In this document: piece after piece, positions 25,019 through 40,500 of the stretch
How the letters are laid out: each line of letters opens with the position of its first letter
Numbering within the stretch: position 1 is the first letter of the stretch
Assembly: GCA_032718475.1 (NCBI GenBank)
Contig: JAUCBJ010006683.1
Span: 1 to 64,000, forward strand
Source: Nemertoderma westbladi
Taxonomy: Eukaryota > Animalia > Xenacoelomorpha
Length of the DNA: 64,000 bases
Direction: 5' to 3'
The notes under the pieces: generated by a model
Database searches by the model: none
Told to the model about the DNA's origin: nothing
What the model saw: only the letters and a program-made list of their open reading frames with translations
Made by a program: the position numbers and the translations under genes

Positions 25019-25027
25019 GGGGGGGAG
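25019..25027 (+). other. Polypurine tract (plus-strand primer)
   Basis: GGGGGGGAG directly abutting the TG of the 3' LTR. Confidence 0.9.
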
Positions 25028-25567
25028 TGTTAGCTTATTCAATCCCGCTAACCCAAACCCATAAAGTAGGGCGTTAAGCAATATTGGGGGCCACGAAATT
25101 GGATAATCAATCACTCGTGTCACCCCAACAAAATGGGAAGGAGAAACACACAATGAGGGTCAGGGGTCAAACCCCTAACAGAGAGAGAACAGGTGGAGTG
25201 AACGGGAACACTCCAAAGGGTGCCAACAAGGGTATCAACCAATCAGAGGGGGGAAAGGCATCGATTAGGTAGAGTAACAAGGCCAACCCGTGCAATATAG
25301 CCAGTTGGCAGTAATCATTTTACTCAGTTATCTCAGTATCATATTGGTGCTAGTTAGGTTAGTTAGTTTAGCTAGGGAAGGACCGGGACTTTAATTACCG
25401 TTTCCCGCCTCCCGTGTACGACATCATATCACCTATATCTATATCTATATCTTATACCTAAACATTATACGCGACAAACAACGTAAACCCTTTCAATCTT
25501 CACACACGGCGGGGACGCGTGAATTAACAAACCGGATAAATCGGGATCCTCCCTGGATCCCGTCACA
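25028..25567 (+). repeat. 3' LTR (540 bp)
   Basis: Direct repeat of 12982-13520; ends TCACA and is followed by the TSD. Confidence 0.97.
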
Positions 25568-25572
25568 GGAGT
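25568..25572 (+). repeat. Right target-site duplication GGAGT
   Basis: Identical to 12977-12981. Confidence 0.95.
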
Positions 25573-28500
25573 ACTGGTTCTAACTGCTGATTGATGGACT
25601 CCATATAGGAGTACTGGTTCTAACTGCTGTATGATGGCCTCCATATCGGAGTACTGGTTCTAACTGCTATATGATGGACTCCATATAGGAAGGAGTACTG
25701 GTTCTAACTTCTGATTGATGGACTCCATATAGGAGTACTGGTTCTAACTGCTGTATGATGGCCTCCATATCGGAGTACTGGTTCTAACTGCTATATGATG
25801 GACTCCATATAGGAAGGAGTACTGGTTCTAACTTCTGATTGATGGACTCCATATAGGAGTACTGGTTCTTACTTCTGATTGATGGACTCCATATAGGAGT
25901 ACTGGTTCTAACTGCTGTATGATGGACTCCATATAGGAGTACTGGTTCTAACTGCTGTATGATGGACTCCATATAGGAGTACTGGTTCTAACTGCTGATT
26001 GATGGACTCCATATAGGAGTACTGGTTCTAACTGCTGTATGATGGCCTCCATATCGGAGTACTGGTTCTAACTGCTATATGATGGACTCCATATAGGAAG
26101 GATTACTGGTTCTAACTTCTGATTGATGGACTCCATATAGGAGTACTGGTTCTTACTTCTGATTGATGGACTCCATATAGGAGTACTGGTTCTAACTGCT
26201 GTATGATGGACTCCATATAGGAGTACTGGTTCTAACTGCTGATTGATGGACTCCATATAGGAGTACTGGTTCTAACTGCTGTATGATGGCCTCCATATCG
26301 GAATACTGGTTCTAACTGCTATATGATGGACTCCATATAGGAAGGAGTACTGGTTCTAACTGCTGTATGATGGACTCCATATAGGAGTACTGGTTCTAAC
26401 TGCTGTATGATGGACTCCATATAGGAGTACTGGTTCTAACTGCTGTATGACGGACTCCATATAGGAGTACTGGTTCTAACTGCTGTATGATGGACTCCAT
26501 ATAGGAGTACTGGTTCTAACTGCTGTATGATGGACTCCATATAGGAGTACTGGTTCTTACTTCTGATTGATGGACTCCATATAGGAGTACTGGTTCTAAC
26601 TGCTGTATGATGGACTCCATATAGGAGTACTGGTTCTAACTTCTGATTAATGGACTCCATATAGGAGTACTGGTTCTAACTGCTGTATGATGGACTCCAT
26701 ATAGGAGTACTGGTTCTAACTGCTGATTGATGGACTCCATATAGGAGTACTGGTTCTAACTTCTGATTGATGAACTCCATAAAGGAGTACTGGTTCTAAC
26801 TGCTGATTGATGGACTCCATATAGGAGTACTGGTTCTAACTGCTGTATGATGGACTCCATATAGGAGTACTGGTTCTAACTGCTGTATGATGGACTCCAT
26901 ATAGGAGTACTGATTCTAACTGCTGTGGACTCCATATAGGAGTACTGATTCTAACTGCTGTGGACTCCATATAGGAGTACTGGTTCTAACTTCTGATCGA
27001 TGGACTCCATATAGGAGTACTGGTTCTAACTGCTGTATGATGGACTCCATATAGGAGTACTGGTTCTAACTGCTGTATGATGGACTCCATATAGGAGTAC
27101 TGGTTCTAACTGCTGTATGATGGACTCCATATAGGAGTACTGGTTCTAACTGCTGTATGATGGACTCCATATAGGAGTACTGGTTCTAACTGCCGTATGA
27201 TGGACTCCATATAGGAGTACTGGTTCTAACTGCTGTATGATGGACTCCATATAGGAGTACTGGTTCTAACTTCTGATCGATGGACTCCATATAGGAGTAC
27301 TGGTTCTAACTGCTGTATGATGGACTCCATATAGGAGTACTGGTTCTAACTGCTGTATGATGGACTCCATATAGGAGTACTGGTTCTAACTGCTGTCATA
27401 AAGGAGTACTAGTTCTAACTTCTGATTGATGGACTCCATATAGGAGTACTGGTTCTAACTGCTGTTTGATGGACTCCATATAGGAGTACTGGTTCTAATT
27501 TCCGATTGATGGAATCCATATAGAAGTACTGGTTCTAACTGCTGTATGATGGACTCCATATAGGAGTACTGGTTCTAACTTCTGATTGATGGACTCCATA
27601 AAGGAGTACTGGTTCTAACTTCTGATTGATGGACTCCATATAGGAGTACTGGTCCTATATAGGTGTACTGGTTGGTTCCAACAGCTGTATGATGGACTCC
27701 ATATAGGAGTACTGGTTCTAACTGCGGTATGATGGACTCCATATAGGAGTACTGGTTCTAACTGCTGTATGATGGACTCCATATAGGAGTACTGGTTCTA
27801 ACTGCTGTATGATGGACTCCATATAGGAGTACTGGTTCTAACTGATGTATGATGGACTCCATATAGGAGTACTGGTTCTAACTGCTGTATGATGGAATCA
27901 CATAGGAATACTGGTTCCTGGTTCTATCTGCTGATTGATGCTCCATATAGGAGTACTGGTTCTAACTGCTGTATGATGGACTCCATATAGGAGTACTGGT
28001 TCTAACAGCTGTATGATGGATACCATATAGGAGTACTGGTTCTAACTGCTGTATGATGGACTCCATATAGGAGTACTGGTTCTAACTGCTGTATGATGGA
28101 CTCCATATAGGAGTACTGGTTCTAACTGCTGTATGATGGACTCCATATAGGAGTACTGGTTCTAACTGCTGTATGATGGACTCCATATAGGAGTACTGGT
28201 TCTAACTGCTGTATGATGGACTCCATATAGGAGTACTGGTTCTTACTTCTGATTGATGGACTCCATATAGGAGTACTGGTTCTAACTGCTGTATGATGGA
28301 CTCCATATAGGAGTACTGGTTCTAACTGCTGTATGATGGACTCCATATAGGAGTACTGGTTCTAACTGCTGATTGATGGACTCCATATAGGAGTACTGGT
28401 TCTAACTGCTCTATGATGGACTCCATATCGGAGTACTGGTTCTAACTGCTATATGATGGACTCCATATAGGAAGGAGTACTGGTTCTTACTTCTGTTTGA

Positions 28501-31500
28501 TGGACTCCATATAGGAGTACTGGTTCTTACTTCTGATTGATGGACTCCATATAGGAGTACTGGTTCTAACTGCTGTATGATGGACTCCATATAGGAGTAC
28601 TGGTTCTAACTGCTGTATGATGGACTCCATATAGGAGTACTGGTTCTAACTGCTGTGGACTCCATATATGAGTACTGGTTCTAACTTGTGATCGATGGAC
28701 TCCATATAGGAGTACTGGTTCTAACTGCTGTATGATGGCCTCCATATCGGAGTACTGGTTCTAACTGCTATATGATGGACTCCATATAGGAAGGATTACT
28801 GGTTCTAACTTCTGATTGATGGACTCCATATAGGAGTACTGGTTCTTACTTCTGATTGATGGACTCCATATAGGAGTACTGGTTCTAACTGCTGTATGAT
28901 GGACTCCATATAGGAGTACTGGTTCTAACTGCTGATTGATGGACTCCATATAGGAGTACTGGTTCTAACTGCTGTATGATGGCCTCCATATCGGAATACT
29001 GGTTCTAACTGCTATATGATGGACTCCATATAGGAAGGAGTACTGGTTCTAACTGCTGTATGATGGACTCCATATAGGAGTACTGGTTCTAACTGCTGTA
29101 TGATGGACTCCATATAGGAGTACTGGTTCTAACTGCTGTATGACGGACTCCATATAGGAGTACTGGTTCTAACTGCTGTATGATGGACTCCATATAGGAG
29201 TACTGGTTCTAACTGCTGTATGATGGACTCCATATAGGAGTACTGGTTCTTACTTCTGATTGATGGACTCCATATAGGAGTACTGGTTCTAACTGCTGTA
29301 TGATGGACTCCATATAGGAGTACTGGTTCTAACTTCTGATTAATGGACTCCATATAGGAGTACTGGTTCTAACTGCTGTATGATGGACTCCATATAGGAG
29401 TACTGGTTCTAACTGCTGATTGATGGACTCCATATAGGAGTACTGGTTCTAACTTCTGATTGATGAACTCCATAAAGGAGTACTGGTTCTAACTGCTGAT
29501 TGATGGACTCCATATAGGAGTACTGGTTCTAACTGCTGTATGATGGACTCCATATAGGAGTACTGGTTCTAACTGCTGTATGATGGACTCCATATAGGAG
29601 TACTGATTCTAACTGCTGTGGACTCCATATAGGAGTACTGATTCTAACTGCTGTGGACTCCATATAGGAGTACTGGTTCTAACTTCTGATCGATGGACTC
29701 CATATAGGAGTACTGGTTCTAACTGCTGTATGATGGACTCCATATAGGAGTACTGGTTCTAACTGCTGTATGATGGACTCCATATAGGAGTACTGGTTCT
29801 AACTGCTGTATGATGGACTCCATATAGGAGTACTGGTTCTAACTGCTGTATGATGGACTCCATATAGGAGTACTGGTTCTAACTGCCGTATGATGGACTC
29901 CATATAGGAGTACTGGTTCTAACTGCTGTATGATGGACTCCATATAGGAGTACTGGTTCTAACTTCTGATCGATGGACTCCATATAGGAGTACTGGTTCT
30001 AACTGCTGTATGATGGACTCCATATAGGAGTACTGGTTCTAACTGCTGTATGATGGACTCCATATAGGAGTACTGGTTCTAACTGCTGTCATAAAGGAGT
30101 ACTAGTTCTAACTTCTGATTGATGGACTCCATATAGGAGTACTGGTTCTAACTGCTGTTTGATGGACTCCATATAGGAGTACTGGTTCTAATTTCCGATT
30201 GATGGAATCCATATAGAAGTACTGGTTCTAACTGCTGTATGATGGACTCCATATAGGAGTACTGGTTCTAACTTCTGATTGATGGACTCCATAAAGGAGT
30301 ACTGGTTCTAACTTCTGATTGATGGACTCCATATAGGAGTACTGGTCCTATATAGGTGTACTGGTTGGTTCCAACAGCTGTATGATGGACTCCATATAGG
30401 AGTACTGGTTCTAACTGCGGTATGATGGACTCCATATAGGAGTACTGGTTCTAACTGCTGTATGATGGACTCCATATAGGAGTACTGGTTCTAACTGCTG
30501 TATGATGGACTCCATATAGGAGTACTGGTTCTAACTGATGTATGATGGACTCCATATAGGAGTACTGGTTCTAACTGCTGTATGATGGAATCACATAGGA
30601 ATACTGGTTCCTGGTTCTATCTGCTGATTGATGCTCCATATAGGAGTACTGGTTCTAACTGCTGTATGATGGACTCCATATAGGAGTACTGGTTCTAACA
30701 GCTGTATGATGGATACCATATAGGAGTACTGGTTCTAACTGCTGTATGATGGACTCCATATAGGAGTACTGGTTCTAACTGCTGTATGATGGACTCCATA
30801 TAGGAGTACTGGTTCTAACTGCTGTATGATGGACTCCATATAGGAGTACTGGTTCTAACTGCTGTATGATGGACTCCATATAGGAGTACTGGTTCTAACT
30901 GCTGTATGATGGACTCCATATAGGAGTACTGGTTCTTACTTCTGATTGATGGACTCCATATAGGAGTACTGGTTCTAACTGCTGTATGATGGACTCCATA
31001 TAGGAGTACTGGTTCTAACTGCTGTATGATGGACTCCATATAGGAGTACTGGTTCTAACTGCTGATTGATGGACTCCATATAGGAGTACTGGTTCTAACT
31101 GCTCTATGATGGACTCCATATCGGAGTACTGGTTCTAACTGCTATATGATGGACTCCATATAGGAAGGAGTACTGGTTCTTACTTCTGTTTGATGGACTC
31201 CATATAGGAGTACTGGTTCTTACTTCTGATTGATGGACTCCATATAGGAGTACTGGTTCTAACTGCTGTATGATGGACTCCATATAGGAGTACTGGTTCT
31301 AACTGCTGTATGATGGACTCCATATAGGAGTACTGGTTCTAACTGCTGTGGACTCCATATATGAGTACTGGTTCTAACTTGTGATCGATGGACTCCATAT
31401 AGGAGTACTGGTTCTAACTGCTGTATGATGGACACTCCATATAGGAGTACTGGTTCTAACTGCTGTATGATGGACTCCATATAGGAGTACTGGTTCTAAC

Positions 31501-34500
31501 TTCTTCTCGATGGACTCCATATAGGAGTACTGGTTCTAACTGCTGGACTCCATATAGGACTACTGGTTCTAACTGCCGTATGATGGACTCCATATAGGAG
31601 TACTGGTTCTAACTGCTGTATGATGGGCTCCATATAGGAGTACTGGTTCTAACTGCTGTATGATGGACTCCATATAGGAGTACTGGTTCTAACTTCTTCT
31701 CGATGGACTCCATATAGGAGTACTGGTTCTAACTGCTGGACTCCATATAGGAGTACTGGTTCTAACTGCCGTATGATGGACTCCATATAGGAGTACTGGT
31801 TCTAACTGCTGTATGATGGACTCCATATAGGAGTACTGGTTCTAACTTCTGATTGATGGACTCCATATAGGAGTACTGGTTCTAACTGATGTATGATGGA
31901 CTCCACATAGGAGTACTGGTTCTAACTGCTATATAGGAGTACTGGTTCTAACTTCTGATTGATGGACTCCATATAGGAGTACTGGTTCTAACTGCTGTAT
32001 GATGGGCTCCATATAGGAGTACTGGTTCTAACTTCTGATTGATGGACTCCATATATAAGTACTGGTTCTAACTGCTGTATGATGGACTCCATATAGGAGT
32101 ACTGATTTTAACTGCTGTATGATGGACTCCATATAGGAGTACTGGTTCTAACTGCTGTATGATGGACCCCATATAGAAGTACTGGTTCTAACTGCTGATT
32201 GATGAACTCCATATAGGAGTACTGATTCTAACTGCTGTATGATGGACTCCATATAGGAGTACTGGTTCAAACTGCTGTATGATGGACTCCATATAGGAGT
32301 ACTGATTCTAACTTCTGTATGATGGACTCCATATAGGAGTTCTAACTGCTGTATGATGGACTCCATATAGGAGTACTGGTTCTAACTTCTGATTGATGGA
32401 CTCCATATAGGAGTACTGGTTCTAACTGCTGTATGATGGGCTCCATATAGGAGTACTGGTTCTAACTTCTGATTGATGGACTCCATATATGAGTACTGGT
32501 TCTAACTGCTGTATGATGGACTCCATATAGGAGTACTGATTTTAACTGCTGTATGATGGACTCCATATAGGAGTACTGGTTCTAACTGCTGTATGATGGA
32601 CCCCATATAGGAGTACTGGTTCTAACTGCTGTATGATGGACTCCATATAGGAGTACTGGTTCTAACTGCTGTATGATGGACTCCATATAGGAGTACTGGT
32701 TCTAACTTCTTCTCGATGGACTCCATATAGGAGTACTGGTTCTAACTGCTGTCATAAAGGAGTACTAGTTCTAACTTCTGATTGATGGACTCCATATAGG
32801 AGTACTGGTTCTAACTGCTGTTTGATGGACTCCATATAGGAGTACTGGTTCTAATTTCCGATTGATGGAATCCATATAGAAGTACTGGTTCTAACTGCTG
32901 TATGATGGACTCCATATAGGAGTACTGGTTCTAACTTCTGATTGATGGACTCCATAAAGGAGTACTGGTTCTAACTTCTGATTGATGGACTCCATATAGG
33001 AGTACTGGTCCTATATAGGTGTACTGGTTGGTTCCAACAGCTGTATGATGGACTCCATATAGGAGTACTGGTTCTAACTGCGGTATGATGGACTCCATAT
33101 AGGAGTACTGGTTCTAACTGCTGTATGATGGACTCCATATAGGAGTACTGGTTCTAACTGCTGTATGATGGACTCCATATAGGAGTACTGGTTCTAACTG
33201 ATGTATGATGGACTCCATATAGGAGTACTGGTTCTAACTGCTGTATGATGGAATCACATAGGAATACTGGTTCCTGGTTCTATCTGCTGATTGATGCTCC
33301 ATATAGGAGTACTGGTTCTAACTGCTGTATGATGGACTCCATATAGGAGTACTGGTTCTAACAGCTGTATGATGGATACCATATAGGAGTACTGGTTCTA
33401 ACTGCTGTATGATGGACTCCATATAGGAGTACTGGTTCTAACTGCTGTATGATGGACTCCATATAGGAGTACTGGTTCTAACTGCTGTATGATGGACTCC
33501 ATATAGGAGTACTGGTTCTAACTGCTGTATGATGGACTCCATATAGGAGTACTGGTTCTAACTGCTGTATGATGGACTCCATATAGGAGTACTGGTTCTT
33601 ACTTCTGATTGATGGACTCCATATAGGAGTACTGGTTCTAACTGCTGTATGATGGACTCCATATAGGAGTACTGGTTCTAACTGCTGTATGATGGACTCC
33701 ATATAGGAGTACTGGTTCTAACTGCTGATTGATGGACTCCATATAGGAGTACTGGTTCTAACTGCTCTATGATGGACTCCATATCGGAGTACTGGTTCTA
33801 ACTGCTATATGATGGACTCCATATAGGAAGGAGTACTGGTTCTTACTTCTGTTTGATGGACTCCATATAGGAGTACTGGTTCTTACTTCTGATTGATGGA
33901 CTCCATATAGGAGTACTGGTTCTAACTGCTGTATGATGGACTCCATATAGGAGTACTGGTTCTAACTGCTGTATGATGGACTCCATATAGGAGTACTGGT
34001 TCTAACTGCTGTGGACTCCATATATGAGTACTGGTTCTAACTTGTGATCGATGGACTCCATATAGGAGTACTGGTTCTAACTGCTGTATGATGGACACTC
34101 CATATAGGAGTACTGGTTCTAACTGCTGTATGATGGACTCCATATAGGAGTACTGGTTCTAACTTCTTCTCGATGGACTCCATATAGGAGTACTGGTTCT
34201 AACTGCTGGACTCCATATAGGACTACTGGTTCTAACTGCCGTATGATGGACTCCATATAGGAGTACTGGTTCTAACTGCTGTATGATGGGCTCCATATAG
34301 GAGTACTGGTTCTAACTGCTGTATGATGGACTCCATATAGGAGTACTGGTTCTAACTTCTTCTCGATGGACTCCATATAGGAGTACTGGTTCTAACTGCT
34401 GGACTCCATATAGGAGTACTGGTTCTAACTGCCGTATGATGGACTCCATATAGGAGTACTGGTTCTAACTGCTGTATGATGGACTCCATATAGGAGTACT

Positions 34501-37500
34501 GGTTCTAACTTCTGATTGATGGACTCCATATAGGAGTACTGGTTCTAACTGATGTATGATGGACTCCACATAGGAGTACTGGTTCTAACTGCTATATAGG
34601 AGTACTGGTTCTAACTTCTGATTGATGGACTCCATATAGGAGTACTGGTTCTAACTGCTGTATGATGGGCTCCATATAGGAGTACTGGTTCTAACTTCTG
34701 ATTGATGGACTCCATATATAAGTACTGGTTCTAACTGCTGTATGATGGACTCCATATAGGAGTACTGATTTTAACTGCTGTATGATGGACTCCATATAGG
34801 AGTACTGGTTCTAACTGCTGTATGATGGACCCCATATAGAAGTACTGGTTCTAACTGCTGATTGATGAACTCCATATAGGAGTACTGATTCTAACTGCTG
34901 TATGATGGACTCCATATAGGAGTACTGGTTCAAACTGCTGTATGATGGACTCCATATAGGAGTACTGGTTCTAACTTCTGTATGATGGACTCCATATAGG
35001 AGTTCTAACTGCTGTATGACTGGACTCCATATAGGAGTACTGGTTCTAACTTCTGATTGATGGACTCCATATAGGAGTACTGGTTCTAACTGCTGTATGA
35101 TGGGCTCCATATAGGAGTACTGGTTCTAACTTCTGATTGATGGACTCCATATATGAGTACTGGTTCTAACTGCTGTATGATGGACTCCATATAGGAGTAC
35201 TGATTTTAACTGCTGTATGATGGACTCCATATAGGAGTACTGGTTCTAACTGCTGTATGATGGACCCCTTATAGGAGTACTGGTTCTAACTGCTGTATGA
35301 TGGACTCCATATAGGAGTACTGGTTCTAACTGCTGTATGATGGACTCCATATAGGAGTACTGGTTCTAACTGCTGTATCGATGGACTCCATATAGGAGTA
35401 CTGGTTCTAACTGCTGTATGATGGACTCCATATAGGAGTTCTAACTGCTGTATGATGGACTCCATATAGGAGTACTGGTTCTAACTTCTGATTGATGGAC
35501 TCCATATAGGAGTACTGGTTCTAACTGCTGTATGATGGGCTCCATATAGGAGTACTGGTTCTAACTTCTGATTGATGGACTCCATATATGAGTACTGGTT
35601 CTAACTGCTGTATGATGGACTCCATATAGGAGTACTGATTTTAACTGCTGTATGATGGACTCCATATAGGAGTACTGATTTTAACTGCTGCATGATGGAC
35701 TCCATATAGGAGTACTGGTTCAAACTGCTGTATGATGGGCTCCATATAGGAGTACTGGTTCTAACTTCTGATTGATGGACTCCATATATGAGTACTGGTT
35801 CTAACTGCTGTATGATGGACTCCATATAGGAGTACTGATTTTAACTGCTGTATGATGGACTCCATATAGGAGTACTGGTTCTAACTGCTGTATGATGGAC
35901 TCCATATAGGAGCACTGGTTCTAACTGCTGTATGATTGACTCCATATAGGAGTACTGATTCTAACTGCTGTATGATGGACTCCATATAGGAGTTCTAACT
36001 GCTGTATGATGGACTCCATATAGGAGTACTGGTTCTAACTTCTGATTGATGGACTCCATATAGGAGTACTGGTTCTAACTGATGTATGATGGACTCCACA
36101 TAGGAGTACTGGTTCTAACTGCTATATAGGAGTACTGGTTCTAACTTCTGATTGATGGACTCCATATAGGAGTACTGGTTCTAACTGCTGTATGATGGGC
36201 TCCATATAGGAGTACTGGTTCTAACTTCTGATTGATGGACTCCATATATAAGTACTGGTTCTAACTGCTGTATGATGGACTCCATATAGGAGTACTGATT
36301 TTAACTGCTGTATGATGGACTCCATATAGGAGTACTGGTTCTAACTGCTGTATGATGGACCCCATATAGAAGTACTGGTTCTAACTGCTGATTGATGAAC
36401 TCCATATAGGAGTACTGATTCTAACTGCTGTATGATGGACTCCATATAGGAGTACTGGTTCAAACTGCTGTATGATGGACTCCATATAGGAGTACTGATT
36501 CTAACTTCTGTATGATGGACTCCATATAGGAGTTCTAACTGCTGTATGATGGACTCCATATAGGAGTACTGGTTCTAACTTCTGATTGATGGACTCCATA
36601 TAGGAGTACTGGTTCTAACTGCTGTATGATGGGCTCCATATAGGAGTACTGGTTCTAACTTCTGATTGATGGACTCCATATATGAGTACTGGTTCTAACT
36701 GCTGTATGATGGACTCCATATAGGAGTACTGATTTTAACTGCTGTATGATGGACTCCATATAGGAGTACTGGTTCTAACTGCTGTATGATGGACCCCATA
36801 TAGGAGTACTGGTTCTAACTGCTGTATGATGGACTCCATATAGGAGTACTGGTTCTAACTGCTGTATGATGGACTCCATATAGGAGTACTGGTTCTAACT
36901 TCTTCTCGATGGACTCCATATAGGAGTACTGGTTCTAACTGCTGGACTCCATATAGGAGTACTGGTTCTAACTGCCGTATGATGGACTCCATATAGGAGT
37001 ACTGGTTCTAACTGCTGTATGATGGGCTCCATATAGGAGTACTGGTTCTAACTTCTGATTGATGGACTCCATATATGAGTACTGGTTCTAACTGCTGTAT
37101 GATGGACTCCATATAGGAGTACTGATTTTAACTGCTGCATGATGGACTCCATATAGGAGTACTGGTTCAAACTGCTGTATGATGGGCTCCATATAGGAGT
37201 ACTGGTTCTAACTTCTGATTGATGGACTCCATATATGAGTACTGGTTCTAACTGCTGTATGATGGACTCCATATAGGAGTACTGATTTTAACTGCTGTAT
37301 GATGGACTCCATATAGGAGTACTGGTTCTAACTGCTGTATGATGGACTCCATATAGGAGCACTGGTTCTAACTGCTGTATGATTGACTCCATATAGGAGT
37401 ACTGATTCTAACTGCTGTATGATGGACTCCATATAGGAGTTCTAACTGCTGTATGATGGACTCCATATAGGAGTACTGGTTCTAACTTCTGATTGATGGA

Positions 37501-40500
37501 CTCCATATAGGAGTACTGGTTCTAACTGATGTATGATGGACTCCACATAGGAGTACTGGTTCTAACTGCTATATAGGAGTACTGGTTCTAACTTCTGATT
37601 GATGGACTCCATATAGGAGTACTGGTTCTAACTGCTGTATGATGGGCTCCATATAGGAGTACTGGTTCTAACTTCTGATTGATGGACTCCATATATGAGT
37701 ACTGGTTCTAACTGCTGTATGATGGACTCCATATAGGAGTACTGATTTTAACTGCTGTATGATGGACTCCATATAGGAGTACTGGTTCTAACTGCTGTAT
37801 GATGGACCCCTTATAGAAGTACTGGTTCTAACTGCTGATTGATGAACTCCATATAGGAGTACTGATTCTAACTGCTGTATGATGGACTCCATATAGGAGT
37901 ACTGGTTCAAACTGCTGTATGATGGACTCCATATAGGAGTACTGATTCTAACTGCTGTATGATGGACTCCATATAGGAGTTCTAACTGCTGTATGATGGA
38001 CTCCATATAGGAGTACTGGTTCTAACTTCTGATTGATGGACTCCATATAGGAGTACTGGTTCTAACTGCTGTATGATGGGCTCCATATAGGAGTACTGGT
38101 TCTAACTTCTGATTGATGGACTCCATATATGAGTACTGGTTCTAACTGCTGTATGATGGACTCCATATAGGAGTACTGATTTTAACTGCTGTATGATGGA
38201 CTCCATATAGGAGTACTGGTTCTAACTGCTGTATGATGGACCCCATATAGGAGTACTGGTTCTAACTGCTGATTGATGAACTCCATATAGGAGTACTGAT
38301 TCTAACTGCTGTATGATAGACTCCATATAGGAGTACTGGTTCAAACTGCTGTATGATGGACTCCATATAGGAGTACTGGTTCTAACTGCTGTATGATGGA
38401 CTCCATATAGGAGCACTGGTTCTAACTGCTGTATGATTGACTCCATATAGGAGTACTGATTCTAACTGCTGTGGACTCCATATAGGAGTACTGGTTCTAA
38501 CTTCTGATCGATGGACTCCATATAGGAGTACTGGTTCTAACTTATGATTGATGGACTGACTCCATATAGGAGTACTGGTTCTAACTGCTGTATGATGGAC
38601 TCCATATAGGAGTACTGGTTCTAACTTCTGATCGATGTACTCCATATAGGAGGGGTACTGGTTCTAACTGCTGTATGATGGACTCCATATAGGAGTACTG
38701 GTTCTAACTGCTGTATGATGGACTCCATATAGGAGTACTGGTTTTAACTTCTGATTGATGGACTCCATAAAGGAGTGCTAGTTCTAACTTCTGATTGATG
38801 GACTCCATATAGGAGTACTGGTTCTAACTGCTATATGATGGACTCCATATAGGAGTACTGGTTCTAACTTCTGATTGATGGAATCCATATAGGAGTACTG
38901 GTTCTAACTTCTGATTGATGGACTCCATAAAGGAGTACTGGTTCTAACTTCTGATTGATGGACTCCATATAGGAGTACTGGTCCTATATAGGTGTACTGA
39001 TTCTAACTGCTGTATGATGGTCTCCATATAGAAGTACTGGTTCTGACTGCTGTATGATGGACTCCATATAGGAGTACTGGTTCTATCTGCTGTATGATGG
39101 ACTCCATATAGGAAGGAGTATTGGTTCTAACTGCTGTATGATAAACTCCATATAGGAGTACTGGTTCTAACTTCTGATCGATGGACTCCATATAGGAGTA
39201 CTGGTTCTAACTGCTGTATGATGGACTCCATATAGGAGTACTGGTTCTAACTGCTGTATGATGGACTCCATATAGGAGTACTGGTTCTAACTTCTGATCG
39301 ATGGACTCCATATAGGAGTACTGGTTCTAACTGCTGTATGATGGACTCCATATAGGAGTACTGGTTCTAACTGCCGTATGATGGACTCCATATAGGAGTA
39401 CTGGTTCTAACTGCTGTATGATGGACTCCATATAGGAGTACTGGTTCTAACTGCTGTATGATGGACTCCATATAGGAGCACTGGTTCTAACTTCTGATCG
39501 ATGGACTCCATATAGGAGTACTGGTTCTAACTGCTGTATGATGGACTCCATATAGGAGTACTGGTTCTAACTGCCATATGATGGACTCCATATAGGAGTA
39601 CTGGTTCTAACTGCTGTATAATGGACTCCATATAGGAGTACTGGTTCTAACTGCTGTATGATGGACTCCATATAGGAGTACTGGTTCTAACTTCTGATCG
39701 ATGGACTCCATATAGGAGTACTGGTTCTAACTGCTGTATGATGGACTCCATATAGGAGTACTGGTTCTAACTGCTGTATGATGGACTCCATATAGGAGTA
39801 CTGATTCTAACTGCTGTGGACTCCATATAGGAGTACTGGTACTAACTGCTGTATGATGGACTCCATATAGGAGTACTGGTTCTAACTGCTGTATGATGGA
39901 CTCCATATAGGAGTACTGGTTCTAACTGCTGTATGATGGACTCCATATAGGAGTACTGGTTCTAACTTCTGATCGATGGACTCCATATAGGAGTACTGGT
40001 TCTAACTGCTGTATGATGGACTCGATATAGGAGTACTGGTTCTAACTGCCGTATGATGGACTCCATATAGGAGTACTGGTTCTAACTGCTGTATGATGGA
40101 CTCCATATAGGAGTACTGATTCTAACTGCTGTTTGATGGACTCCATATAGGAGTACTGGTTCTAACTGCTGTATGATGGACTCCATATAGGAGTACTGAT
40201 TCTAACTGCTGATTGATGAACTCCATATAGGAGTACTGATTCTAACTGCTGTATGATGGACTCCATATAGGAGTACTGGTTCTAACTGCTGTATGATGGA
40301 CTCCATATAGGAGTACTGGTTCTAACTGATTCTAACTTCTGATTGATGGACTCCATAAAGGAGTACTGGTTCTAACTTCTGATTGATGGACTCCATATAG
40401 GAGTACTGGTTCTAACTTCTGATTGATGGACTCCATATAGGAGTACTGGTTCTAACTGCTGTATGATGGACTCCATATAGGAGTACTGGTTCTAACTGCT

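Larger units (their letters stand above)
12982..25567 (+). mobile_element. Full-length BEL/Pao-superfamily LTR retrotransposon (12,586 bp), coding frame disrupted
   Basis: Direct LTRs TGTTAG...TCACA; 5-bp TSD GGAGT (12977-12981 and 25568-25572); PPT; DUF1759-like gag; PR-RT-RH-IN order with BEL/Pao-type motifs YVDD, HMFSDAS, PKLELTAA, YWTDS, NPADLLSRG, SDNGTNFVGA. Confidence 0.97.
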
